Origin: Utricularia gibba
Lineage: Eukaryota; Plantae; Magnoliophyta
Direction of reading: 5' to 3'
Assembly (NCBI GenBank): GCA_002189035.1
Contig: NEEC01000404.1
Coordinates: 1 to 36,967 of the forward strand
Length of the DNA: 36,967 nucleotides
Shown here: piece after piece, positions 24,701-36,967 of the stretch
How positions within the stretch are numbered: the first letter of the stretch is position 1
How the letters are laid out: every line of letters starts with the position of its first letter
Notes under the pieces: model-generated
What the model was told of the DNA's origin: nothing
Databases searched by the model: none
What the model saw: the letters and a program-made list of their open reading frames with translations, nothing else
Program-made: the position numbers and the translations under genes

Positions 24701-27700
24701 ATGGTATACGGGAATGGTGCATCAAGAATCAGAAGTATCATAGCAACTAAATGCATCAATCAAAAGCCAAAACATATGGTGTCAGAATTCATCTACTATG
24801 CGATCAAGTTGGAAAAAAGTCACATGCTACATCATGAATTTCGTGGCATCACTTATCCCAACACTGTTATACACTCTGGATATGCGTAAATATTTATTTT
24901 TAATGAATCCGTGCACGTGTGATTTTTAGGATGCACCCGAATGATGATGCGCAATGAAATGACTACGTCGCACATCCTGGTCCGCGAAGCACCTCTTGCA
25001 TAACATGCAGATCCTTGCTCTTCATAGCACACTGTTGGGAAGCCCTTTTCGAGCTCCAAGTATTATAATTTGGAGTTACGTTTGTCCGATAACTGTGGAC
25101 ATATTAAAAACAAGCCACAACGAAAAGTGTCTCACGTGGCATTCCGTGGTGACTGCATTTAATAATGTGCTTCATGTTCTCGAAATTGATGCGAACAACA
25201 TACAAGGCAAAAGAATCAAATAGCCACTAGAGACATGGTATACGGGAATGGTGCATCAAGAATCAGAAGTATCATAGCAACTAAATGCATCAATCAAAGC
25301 CAAAACATATGGTGTCAGAATTCATCTACTATGCGATCAAGTTGGAAAAAAGTCACATGCTACATCATGAATTTCGTGGCATCACTTATCCCAACACTGT
25401 TATAACTCTGGATATGCGTAAATATTTATTTTTAATGAATCCGTGCACGTGTGATTTTTAGGATGCACCCCGAATGATGATGCGCAATGAAATGACTACG
25501 TCGCACATCCTGGTCCGCGAAGCACCTCTTGCATAACATGCAGATCCTTGCTCTTCATAGCACACTGTTGGGAAGCCCTTTTCGAGCTCCAAGTATTATA
25601 ATTTGGAGTTACGTTTGTCCGATAACTGTGGACATATTAAAAACAAGCCACAACGAAAAGTGTCTCACGTGGCATTCCGTGGTGATTGCATTTAATAATG
25701 TGCTTCATGTTCTCGAAATTGATGCGAACAACATACAAGGCAAAAGAATCAAATAGCCACTAGAGACATGGTATACGGGAATGGTGCATCAAGAATCAGA
25801 AGTATCATAGCAACTAAATGCATCAATCAAAAGCCAAAACATATGGTGTCAGAATTCATCTACTATGCGATCAAGTTGGAAAAAAGTCACATGCTACATC
25901 ATGAATTTCGTGGCATCACTTATCCCAACACTGTTATACACTCTGGATATGCGTAAATATTTATTTTTAATGAATCCCGTGCACGTGTGATTTTTAGGAT
26001 GCACCCGAATGATGATGCGCAATGAAATGACTACGTCGCACATCCTGGTCCGCGAACCTCTTGCATAACATGCAGATCCTTGCTCTTCATAGCACACTGT
26101 TGGGAAGCCCTTTTCGAGCTCCAAGTATTATAATTTGGAGTTACGTTTGTCCGATAACTGTGGACATATTAAAAAAGCCACAACGAAAAGTGTCTCACGT
26201 GGCATTCCGTGGTGACTGCATTTAATAATGTGCTTCATGTTCTCGAAATTGATGCGAACAACATACAAGGCAAAAGAATCAAATAGCCACTAGAGACATG
26301 GTATACGGGAATGGTGCATCAAGAATCAGAAGTATCATAGCAACTAAATGCATCAATCAAAAGCCAAAACATATGGTGTCAGACTTCATCTACTATGCGA
26401 TCAAGTTGGAAAAAAGTCACATGCTACATCATGAATTTCGTGGCATCACTTATCCCAACACTGTTATATACTCTGGATATGCGTAAATATTTATTTTTAA
26501 TGAATCCCGTGCACGTGTGATTTTTAGGATGCACCCCGAATGATGATGCGCAATGAAATGACTACGTCGCACATCCTGGTCCGCGAAGCACCTCTTGCAT
26601 AACATGCAGATCCTTGCTCTTCATAGCACACTGTTGGGAAGCCCTTTTCGAGCTCCAAGTATTATAATTTGGAGTTACGTTTGTCCGATAACTGTGGACA
26701 TATTAAAAACAAGCCACAACGAAAAGTGTCTCACGTGGCATTCCGTGGTGACTGCATTTAATAATGTGCTTCATGTTCTCGAAATTGATGCGAACAACAT
26801 ACAAGGCAAAAGAATCAAATAGCCACTAGAGACATGGTATACGGGAATGGTGCATCAAGAATCAGAAGTATCATAGCAACTAAATGCATCAATCAAAGCC
26901 AAAACATATGGTGTCAGAATTCATCTACTATGCGATCAAGTTGGAAAAAAGTCACATGCTACATCATGAATTTCGTGGCATCACTTATCCCAACACTGTT
27001 ATACACTCTGGATATGCGTAAATATTTATTTTTAATGAATCCGTGCACGTGTGATTTTTAGGATGCACCCCGAATGATGATGCGCAATGAAATGACTACG
27101 TCGCACATCCTGGTCCGCGAAGCACCTCGCATAATGCAGATCCTTGCTCTTCATAGCACACTGTTGGGAAGCCCTTTTCGAGCTCCAAGTATTATAATTT
27201 GGAGTTACGTTTGTCCGATAACTGTGGACATATTAAAAAAGCCACAACGAAAAGTGTCTCACGTGGCATTCCGTGGTGACTGCATTTAATAATGTGCTTC
27301 ATGTTCTCGAAATTGATGCAAACAACATACAAAAAGAATCAAATAGCCACTAGAGACATGGTATACGGGAATGGTGCATCAAGAATCAGAAGTATCATAG
27401 CAACTAAATGCATCAATCAAAAGCCAAAACATATGGTGTCAGAATTCATCTACTATGCGATCAAGTTGGAAAAAAGTCACATGCTACATCATGAATTTCG
27501 TGGCATCACTTATCCCAACACTGTTATATACTCTGGATATGCGTAAATATTTATTTTTAATGAATCCGTGCACGTGTGATTTTTAGGATGCACCCCGAAT
27601 GATGATGCGCAATGAAATGACTACGTCGCACATCCTGGTCCGCGAAGCACCTCTTGCATAACATGCAGATCCTTGCTCTTCATAGCACACTGTTGGGAAG

Positions 27701-30700
27701 CCCTTTTCGAGCTCCAAGTATTATAATTTGGAGTTACGTTTCCGATAACTGTGGACATATTAAAAACAAGCCACAACGAAAAGTGTCTCACGTGGCATTC
27801 CGTGGTGATTGCATTTAATAATGTGCTTCATGTTCTCGAAATTGATGCGAACAACATACAAGGCAAAAGAATCAAATAGCCACTAGAGACATGGTATACG
27901 GGAATGGTGCATCAAGAATCAGAAGTATCATAGCAACTAAATGCATCAATCAAAAGCCAAAACATATGGTGTCAGAATTCATCTACTATGCGATCAAGTT
28001 GGAAAAAAGTCATGCTACATCATGAATTTCGTGGCATCACTTATCCCAACACTGTTATACACTCTGGATATGCGTAAATATTTATTTTAATGAATCCGTG
28101 CACGTGTGATTTTTAGGATGCACCCGAATGATGATGCGCAATGAAATGACTACGTCGCACATCCTGGTCCGCGAAGCACCTCTTGCATAACATGCAGATC
28201 CTTGCTCTTCATAGCACACTGTTGGGAAGCCCTTTTCGAGCTCCAAGTATTATAATTTGGAGTTACGTTTGTCCGATAACTGTGGACATATTAAAACAAG
28301 CCACAACGAAAAGTGTCTCACGTGGCATTCCGTGGTGACTGCATTTAATAATGTGCTTCATGTTCTCGAAATTGATGCGAACAACATACAAGGCAAAAGA
28401 ATCAAATAGCCACTAGAGACATGGTATACGGGAATGGTGCATCAAGAATCAGAAGTATCATAGCAACTAAATGCATCAATCAAAAGCCAAAACATATGGT
28501 GTCAGAATTCATCTACTATGCGATCAAGTTGGAAAAAAGTCACATGCTACATCATGAATTTCGTGGCATCACTTATCCCAACACTGTTATATTCTGGATA
28601 TGCGTAAATATTATTTTTAATGAATCCCGTGCACGTGTGATTTTTAGGATGCACCCCGAATGATGATGCGCAATGAAATGACTACGTCGCACATCCTGGT
28701 CCGCGAAGCACCTCTTGCATAACATGCAGATCCTTGCTCTTCATAGCACACTGTTGGGAAGCCCTTTTCGAGCTCCAAGTATTATAATTTGGAGTTACGT
28801 TTGTCCGATAACTGTGGACATATTAAAAACAAGCCACAACGAAAAGTGTCTCACGTGGCATTCCGTGGTGACTGCATTTAATAATGTGCTTCATGTTCTC
28901 GAAATTGATGCGAACAACATACAAGGCAAAAGAATCAAATAGCCACTAGAGACATGGTATACGGGAATGGTGCATCAAGAATCAGAAAGTATCATAGCAA
29001 CTAAATGCATCAATCAAAAGCCAAAACATATGGTGTCAGAATTCATCTACTATGCGATCAAGTTGGAAAAAAGTCACATGCTACATCATGAATTTTCGTG
29101 GCATCACTTATCCCAACACTGTTATATACTCTGGATATGCGTAAATATTTATTTTTAATGAATCCCGTGCACGTGTGATTTTTAGGATGCACCCCGAATG
29201 ATGATGCGCAATGAAATGACTACGTCGCACATCCTGGTCCGCGAAGCACCTCTTGCATAACATGCAGATCCTTGCTCTTCATAGCACACTGTTGGGAAGC
29301 CCTTTTCGAGCTCCAAGTATTATAATTTGGAGTTACGTTTGTCCGATAACTGTGGACATATTAAAAACAAGCCACAACGAAAAGTGTCTCACGTGGCATT
29401 CCGTGGTGACTGCATTTAATAATGTGCTTCATGTTCTCGAAATTGATGCGAACAACATACAAGGCAAAAGAATCAAATAGCCACTAGAGACATGGTATAC
29501 GGGAATGGTGCATCAAGAATCAAGTATCATAGCAACTAAATGCATCAATCAAAAGCCAAAACATATGGTGTCAGAATTCATCTACTATGCGATCAAGTTG
29601 GAAAAAAGTCACATGCTACATCATGAATTTCGTGGCATCACTTATCCCAACACTTATATACTCTGGATATGCGTAAATATTTATTTTAATGAATCCGTGC
29701 ACGTGTGATTTTTAGGATGCACCCCGAATGATGATGCGCAATGAAATGACTACGTCGCACATCCTGGTCCGCGAAGCACCTCTTGCATAACATGCAGATC
29801 CTTGCTCTTCATAGCACACTGTTGGGAAGCCCTTTTCGAGCTCCAAGTATTATAATTTGGAGTTACGTTTGTCCGATAACTGTGGACATATTAAAAACAA
29901 GCCACAACGAAAAGTGTCTCACGTGGCATTCCGTGGTGACTGCATTTAATAATGTGCTTCATGTTCTCGAAATTGATGCGAACAACATACAAGGCAAAAG
30001 AATCAAATAGCCACTAGAGACATGGTATACGGGAATGGTGCATCAAGAATCAGAAGTATCATAGCAACTAAATGCATCAATCAAAGCCAAAACATATGGT
30101 GTCAGAATTCATCTACTATGCGATCAAGTTGGAAAAAAGTCACATGCTACATCATGAATTTCGTGGCATCACTTATCCCAACACTGTTATATACTCTGGA
30201 TATGCGTAAATATTTATTTTTAATGAATCCCGTGCACGTGTGATTTTTAGGATGCACCCCGAATGATGATGCGCAATGAAATGACTACGTCGCACATCCT
30301 GGTCCGCGAAGCACCTCTTGCATAACATGCAGATCCTTGCTCTTCATAGCACACTGTTGGGAAGCCCTTTTCGAGCTCCAAGTATTATAATTTGGAGTTA
30401 CGTTTGTCCGATAACTGTGGACATATTAAAAAAGCCACAACGAAAAGTGTCTCACGTGGCATTCCGTGGTGATTGCATTTAATAATGTGCTTCATGTTCT
30501 CGAAATTGATGCGAAAACATACAAGGCAAAAGAATCAAATAGCCACTAGAGACATGGTATACGGGAATGGTGCATCAAGAATCAGAAGTATCATAGCAAC
30601 TAAATGCATCAATCAAAAGCCAAAACATATGGTGTCAGAATTCATCTACTATGCGATCAAGTTGGAAAAAAGTCACATGCTACATCATGAATTTCGTGGC

Positions 30701-33700
30701 ATCACTTATCCCAACACTGTTATACACTCTGGATATGCGTAAATATTTATTTTTAATGAATCCCGTGCACGTGTGATTTTTAGGATGCACCCCGAATGAT
30801 GATGCGCAATGAAATGACTACGTCGCACATCCTGGTCCGCGAAGCACCTCTTGCATAACATGCAGATCCTTGCTCTTCATAGCACACTGTTGGGAAGCCC
30901 TTTCGAGCTCCAAGTATTATAATTTGGAGTTACGTTTGTCCGATAACTGTGGACATATTAAAAAAGCCACAACGAAAAGTGTCTCACGTGGCATTCCGTG
31001 GTGACTGCATTTAATAATGTGCTTCATGTTCTCGAATTGATGCGAACAACATACAAGGCAAAAGAATCAAATAGCCCTAGAGACATGGTATATGGGAATG
31101 GTGCATCAAGAATCAGAAGTATCATAGCAACTAAATGCATCAATCAAAGCCAAAACATATGGTGTCAGAATTCATCTACTATGCGATCAAGTTGGAAAAA
31201 AGTCACATGCTACATCATGAATTTCGTGGCATCACTTATCCCAACACTGTTATCTGGATATGCGTAAATATTTATTTTAATGAATCCCGTGCACGTGTGA
31301 TTTTTAGGATGCACCCCGAATGATGATGCGCAATGAAATGACTACGTCGCACATCCTGGTCCGCGAAGCACCTCTTGCATAACATGCAGATCCTTGCTCT
31401 TCATAGCACACTGTTGGGAAGCCCTTTTCGAGCTCCAAGTATTATAATTTGGAGTTACGTTTGTCCGATAACTGTGGACATATTAAAAAAGCCACAACGA
31501 AAAGTGTCTCACGTGGCATTCCGTGGTGACTGCATTTAATAATGTGCTTCATGTTCTCGAAATTGATGCGAACAACATACAAGGCAAAAGAATCAAATAG
31601 CCACTAGAGACATGGTATACGGGAATGGTGCATCAAGAATCAGAAGTATCATAGCAACTAAATGCATCAATCAAAAGCCAAAACATATGGTGTCAGAATT
31701 CATCTACTATGCGATCAAGTTGGAAAAAAGTCACATGCTACATCATGAATTTCGTGGCATCACTTATCCCAACACTGTTATATACTCTGGATATGCGTAA
31801 ATATTTATTTTTAATGAATCCCGTGCACGTGTGATTTTTAGGATGCACCCCGAATGATGATGCGCAATGAAATGACTACGTCGCACATCCTGGTCCGCGA
31901 AGCACCTCTTGCATAACATGCAGATCCTTGCTCTTCATAGCACACTGTTGGGAAGCCCTTTTCGAGCTCCAAGTATTATAATTTGGAGTTACGTTTGTCC
32001 GATAACTGTGGACATATTAAAAACAAGCCACAACGAAAAGTGTCTCACGTGGCATTCCGTGGTGACTGCATTTAATAATGTGCTTCATGTTCTCGAAATT
32101 GATGCGAACAACATACAAGGCAAAAGAATCAAATAGCCTAGAGACATGGTATACGGGAATGGTGCATCAAGAATCAGAAGTATCATAGCAACTAAATGCA
32201 TCAATCAAAAGCCAAAACATATGGTGTCAGAATTCATCTACTATGCGATCAAGTTGGAAAAAAGTCACATGCTACATCATGAATTTCGTGGCATCACTTA
32301 TCCCAACACTGTTATATACTCTGGATATGCGTAAATATTTATTTTTAATGAATCCGTGCACGTGTGATTTTTAGGATGCACCCGAATGATGATGCGCAAT
32401 GAAATGACTACGTCGCACATCCTGGTCCGCGAAGCACCTCTTGCATAACATGCAGATCCTTGCTCTTCATAGCACACTGTTGGGAAGCCCTTTTCGAGCT
32501 CCAAGTATTATAATTTGGAGTTACGTTTGTCCGATAACTGTGGACATATTAAAAACAAGCCACAACGAAAAGTGTCTCACGTGGCATTCCGTGGTGACTG
32601 CATTTAATAATGTGCTTCATGTTCTCGAAATTGATGCGAACAACATACAAGGCAAAAGAATCAAATAGCCACTAGAGACATGGTATACGGGAATGGTGCA
32701 TCAAGAATCAGAAGTATCATAGCAACTAAATGCATCAATCAAAAGCCAAAACATATGGTGTCAGAATTCATCTACTATGCGATCAAGTTGGAAAAAAGTC
32801 ACATGCTACATCATGAATTTCGTGCATCACTTATCCAACACTGTTATACACTCTGGATATGCGTAAATATTTATTTTTAATGAATCCGTGCACGTGTGAT
32901 TTTTAGGATGCACCCCGAATGATGATGCGCAATGAAATGACTACGTCGCACATCCTGGTCCGCGAAGCACCTCTGCATAACATGCAGATCCTTGCTCTTC
33001 ATAGCACATGTTGGGAAGCCCTTTTCGAGCTCCAAGTATTATAATTTGGAGTTACGTTTGTCCGATAACTGTGGACATATTAAAAACAAGCACAACGAAA
33101 AGTGTCTCACGTGGCATTCCGTGGTGATTGCATTTAATAATGTGCTTCATGTTCTCGAAATTGATGCGAACAACATACAAGGCAAAGAATCAAATAGCCA
33201 CTAGAGACATGGTACGGGAATGGTGCATCAAGAATCAGAAGTATCATAGCAACTAAATGCATCAATCAAAGCCAAAACATATGGTGTCAGAATTCATCTA
33301 CTATGCGATCAAGTTGGAAAAAAGTCACATGCTACATCATGAATTTCGTGGCATCACTTATCCCAACACTGTTATATCTGGATATGCGTAAATATTTATT
33401 TTTAATGAATCCCGTGCACGTGTGATTTTTAGGATGCACCCCGAATGATGATGCGCAATGAAATGACTACGTCGCACATCCTGGTCCGCGAAGCACCTCT
33501 TGCATAACATGCAGATCCTTGCTCTTCATAGCACACTGTTGGGAAGCCCTTTTCGAGCTCCAAGTATTATAATTTGGAGTTACGTTTGTCCGATAACTGT
33601 GGACATATTAAAAACAAGCCACAACGAAAAGTGTCTCACGTGGCATTCCGTGGTGACTGCATTTAATAATGTGCTTCATGTTCTCGAAATTGATGCGAAC

Positions 33701-36700
33701 AACATACAAGGCAAAAGAATCAAATAGCCACTAGAGACATGGTATACGGGAATGGTGCATCAGAATCAGAAGTATCATAGCAACTAAATGCATCAATCAA
33801 GCCAAAACATATGGTGTCAGAATTCATCTACTATGCGATCAAGTTGGAAAAAAAGTCACATGCTACATCATGAATTTCGTGGCATCACTTATCCCAACAC
33901 TGTTATACACTCTGGATATGCGTAAATATTTATTTTTAATGAATCCGTGCACGTGTGATTTTTAGGATGCACCCCGAATGATGATGCGCAATGAAATGAC
34001 TACGTCGCACATCCTGGTCCGCGAAGCACCTCTTGCATAACATGCAGATCCTTGCTCTTCATAGCACATGTTGGGAAGCCCTTTTCGAGCTCCAAGTATT
34101 ATAATTTGGAGTTACGTTTGTCCGATAACTGTGGACATATTAAAACAAGCCACAACGAAAAGTGTCTCACGTGGCATTCCGTGGTGACTGCATTTAATAA
34201 TGTGCTTCATGTTCTCGAAATTGATGCGAACAACATACACAAAAGAATCAAATAGCCACTAGAGACATGGTATACGGGAATGGTGCATCAAGAATCAGAA
34301 GTATCATAGCAACTAAATGCATCAATCAAAAGCCAAAACATATGGTGTCAGACTTCATCTACTATGCGATCAAGTTGGAAAAAAGTCATGCTACATCATG
34401 AATTTCGTGGCATCACTTATCCCAACACTGTTATATACTCTGGATATGCGTAAATATTTATTTTTAATGAATCCGTGCACGTGTGATTTTTAGGATGCAC
34501 CCCGAATGATGATGCGCAATGAAATGACTACGTCGCACATCCTGGTCCGCGAAGCACCTCTTGCATAACATGCAGATCCTTGCTCTTCATAGCACACTGT
34601 TGGGAAGCCCTTTTCGAGCTCCAAGTATTATAATTTGGAGTTACGTTTGTCGATAACTGTGGACATATTAAAAACAAGCCACAACGAAAAGTGTCTCACG
34701 TGGCATTCCGTGGTGATTGCATTTAATAATGTGCTTCATGTTCTCGAAATTGATGCGAACAACATACAAGGCAAAAGAATCAAATAGCCACTAGAGACAT
34801 GGTATACGGGAATGGTGCATCAAGAATCAGAAGTATCATAGCAACTAAATGCATCAATCAAAAGCCAAAACATATGGTGTCAGAATTCATCTACTATGCG
34901 ATCAAGTTGGAAAAAAGTCACATGCTACATCATGAATTTCGTGGCATCACTTATCCCAACACTGTTATACACTGGATATGCGTAAATATTTATTTTTAAT
35001 GAATCCGTGCACGTGTGATTTTTGGATGCACCCCGAATGATGATGCGCAATGAAATGACTACGTCGCACATCCTGGTCCGCGAAGCACCTCTTGCATAAC
35101 ATGCAGATCCTTGCTCTTCATAGCACACTGTTGGGAAGCCCTTTTCGAGCTCCAAGTATTATAATTTGGAGTTACGTTTGTCCGATAACTGTGGACATAT
35201 TAAAAACAAGCCACAACGAAAAGTGTCTCACGTGGCATTCCGTGGTGACTGCATTTAATAATGTGCTTCATGTTCTCGAAATTGATGCGAACAACATACA
35301 AGGCAAAAGAATCAAATAGCCACTAGAGACATGGTATACGGAATGGTGCATCAAGAATCAGAAGTATCATAGCAACTAAATGCATCAATCAACAGCCAAA
35401 AATATGGTGTCAGAATTCATCTACTATGCGATCAAGTTGGAAAAAAGTCACATGCTACATCATGAATTTCGTGGCATCACTTATCCCAACACTGTTATAT
35501 ACTCTGGATATGCGTAAATATTTATTTTTAATGAATCCGTGCACGTGTGATTTTTAGGATGCACCCCGAATGATGATGCGCAATGAAATGACTACGTCGC
35601 ACATCCTGGTCCGCGAAGCACCTCTTGCATAACATGCAGATCCTTGCTCTTCATAGCACACTGTTGGGAAGCCCTTTTCGAGCTCCAAGTATTATAATTT
35701 GGAGTTACGTTTGTCCGATAACTGTGGACATATTTAAAACAAGCCACAACGAAAGTGTCTCACGTGGCATTCCGTGGTGACTGCATTTAATAATGTGCTT
35801 CATGTTCTCGAAATTGATGCGAACAACAAGGCAAAAGAATCAAATAGCCACTAGAGACATGGTATACGGGAATGGTGCATCAAGAATCAGAAGTATCATA
35901 GCAACTAAATGATCAATCAAAGCCAAAACATATGGTGTCAGAATTCATCTACTATGCGATCAAGTTGGAAAAAAGTCACATGCTACATCATGAATTTCGT
36001 GGCATCACTTATCCCAAACTGTTATACACTCTGGATATGCGTAAATATTTATTTTTAATGAATCCGTGCACGTGTGATTTTTAGGATGCACCCGAATGAT
36101 GATGCGCAATGAAATGACTACGTCGCACATCCTGGTCCGCGAAGCACCTATAACATGCAGATCCTTGCTCTTCATAGCACATGTTGGGAAGCGAGCTCCA
36201 AGTATTATAATTTGGAGTTACGTTTGTCCGATAACTGTGGACATATTAAAAACAAGCCACAACGAAAAGTGTCTCACGTGGCATTCCGTGGTGACTGCAT
36301 TTAATAATGTGCTTCATGTTCTCGAAATTGATGCGAACAACATACAAGGCAAAAGAATCAAATAGCCACTAGAGACATGGTATACGGGAATGGTGCATCA
36401 AGAATCAGAAGTATCATAGCAACTAAATGCATCAATCAAAGCCAAAAATATGGTGTCAGAATTCATCTACTATGCGATCAAGTTGGAAAAAAGTCACATG
36501 CTACATCATGAATTTCGTGGCATCACTTATCCCAACACTGTTATACACTCTGGATATGCGTAAATATTTATTTTTAATGAATCCCGTGCACGTGTGATTT
36601 TTAGGATGCACCCCGAATGATGATGCGCAATGAAATGACTACGTCGCACATCCTGGTCCGCGAAGCACCTCTTGCATAACATGCAGATCCTTGCTCTTCA

Positions 36701-36967
36701 TAGCACACTGTTGGGAAGCCCTTTTCGAGCTCCAAGTATTATAATTTGGAGTTACGTTTGTCCGATAACTGTGGACATATTAAAAAAAGCCACAACGAAA
36801 GTGTCTCACGTGGCATTCCGTGGTGACTGCATTTAATAATGTGCTTCATGTTCTCGAAATTGATGCGAACAACATACAAGGCAAAAGAATCAAATAGCCA
36901 CTAGAGACATGGTATACGGGAATGGTGCATCAAGAATCAGAAGTATCATAGCAACTAAATGCATCAA

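Larger units (their letters stand above)
1..36967. repeat. Tandem satellite array, ~70 head-to-tail copies of a 536-bp consensus monomer; both window ends lie inside the array
   Basis: The same sequence recurs throughout in one orientation. GAGCTC occurs at 77, 607, 1138, 1666, 2193 ... 20712, 21314 ... 36727 (70 sites, 69 intervals). Correcting for obvious single-base deletions gives 536 bp. Hand count of the right-block consensus: 216/536 G+C (~40%). No unique sequence, inversion or insertion other than the 20.8-kb junction. Confidence 0.98.
20802..36967. repeat. Right haplotype block (~30 monomers, highly homogeneous)
   Basis: Monomers carry CCCTTTTCG, CAGAATTC (exceptions at 26382 and 34351), TTATAYACTCTGG, AATCC(C)GTGC, GACTGCATTT or GATTGCATTT, GGCAAAAG, GCCACTAG, GGATGC, CTACG, CCTGGT and CTTGC. 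Only two substitutions segregate repeatedly. Confidence 0.92.

Noticed and set aside
1-36967. CRISPR array
   Set aside because: No short repeats separated by unique spacers; the whole 536-bp unit repeats.
1-36967. Rolling-circle concatemer of one small circular DNA
   Set aside because: A single template would give only random errors. Here multi-site haplotypes recur in linkage and change by position, which requires many distinct template copies.
1-36967. Identity with similarly sized known repeats (Toxoplasma 529-bp element, Phaseolus khipu 528 bp, honeybee AvaI ~547 bp)
   Set aside because: Size similarity only. I see no sequence I recognise from the Toxoplasma element, the consensus has no AvaI site (CYCGRG), and I cannot recall khipu well enough to compare. 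BLAST is required.

Overview
The whole 36,967-bp window is one head-to-tail tandem array (satellite DNA) of about 70 copies of a single monomer. I count 70 GAGCTC sites, one per monomer. The indel-free consensus is 536 bp and about 40% GC. Observed copies are mostly 521-538 bp because of scattered small deletions that look like long-read consensus error. I find no supportable protein-coding gene, RNA gene, CRISPR array or intact mobile element; the ORF-track entries are repeated translations of the monomer. The array is not uniform. A heterogeneous left block (1 to ~20,801, 40 monomers, with a proximal-to-distal haplotype shift near 10 kb) abuts a much more homogeneous right block (20,802-36,967, ~30 monomers). 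The join is out of register and duplicates ~71-73 bp over a 3-bp ATT microhomology. Both blocks show hints of a ~5-monomer higher-order period. The monomer has a TG...CA/inverted-repeat layout that may record an LTR/TRIM-like or insertion origin, but this is statistically weak. I cannot name the satellite family or the organism, and I see no evidence here for a novel gene-based system.
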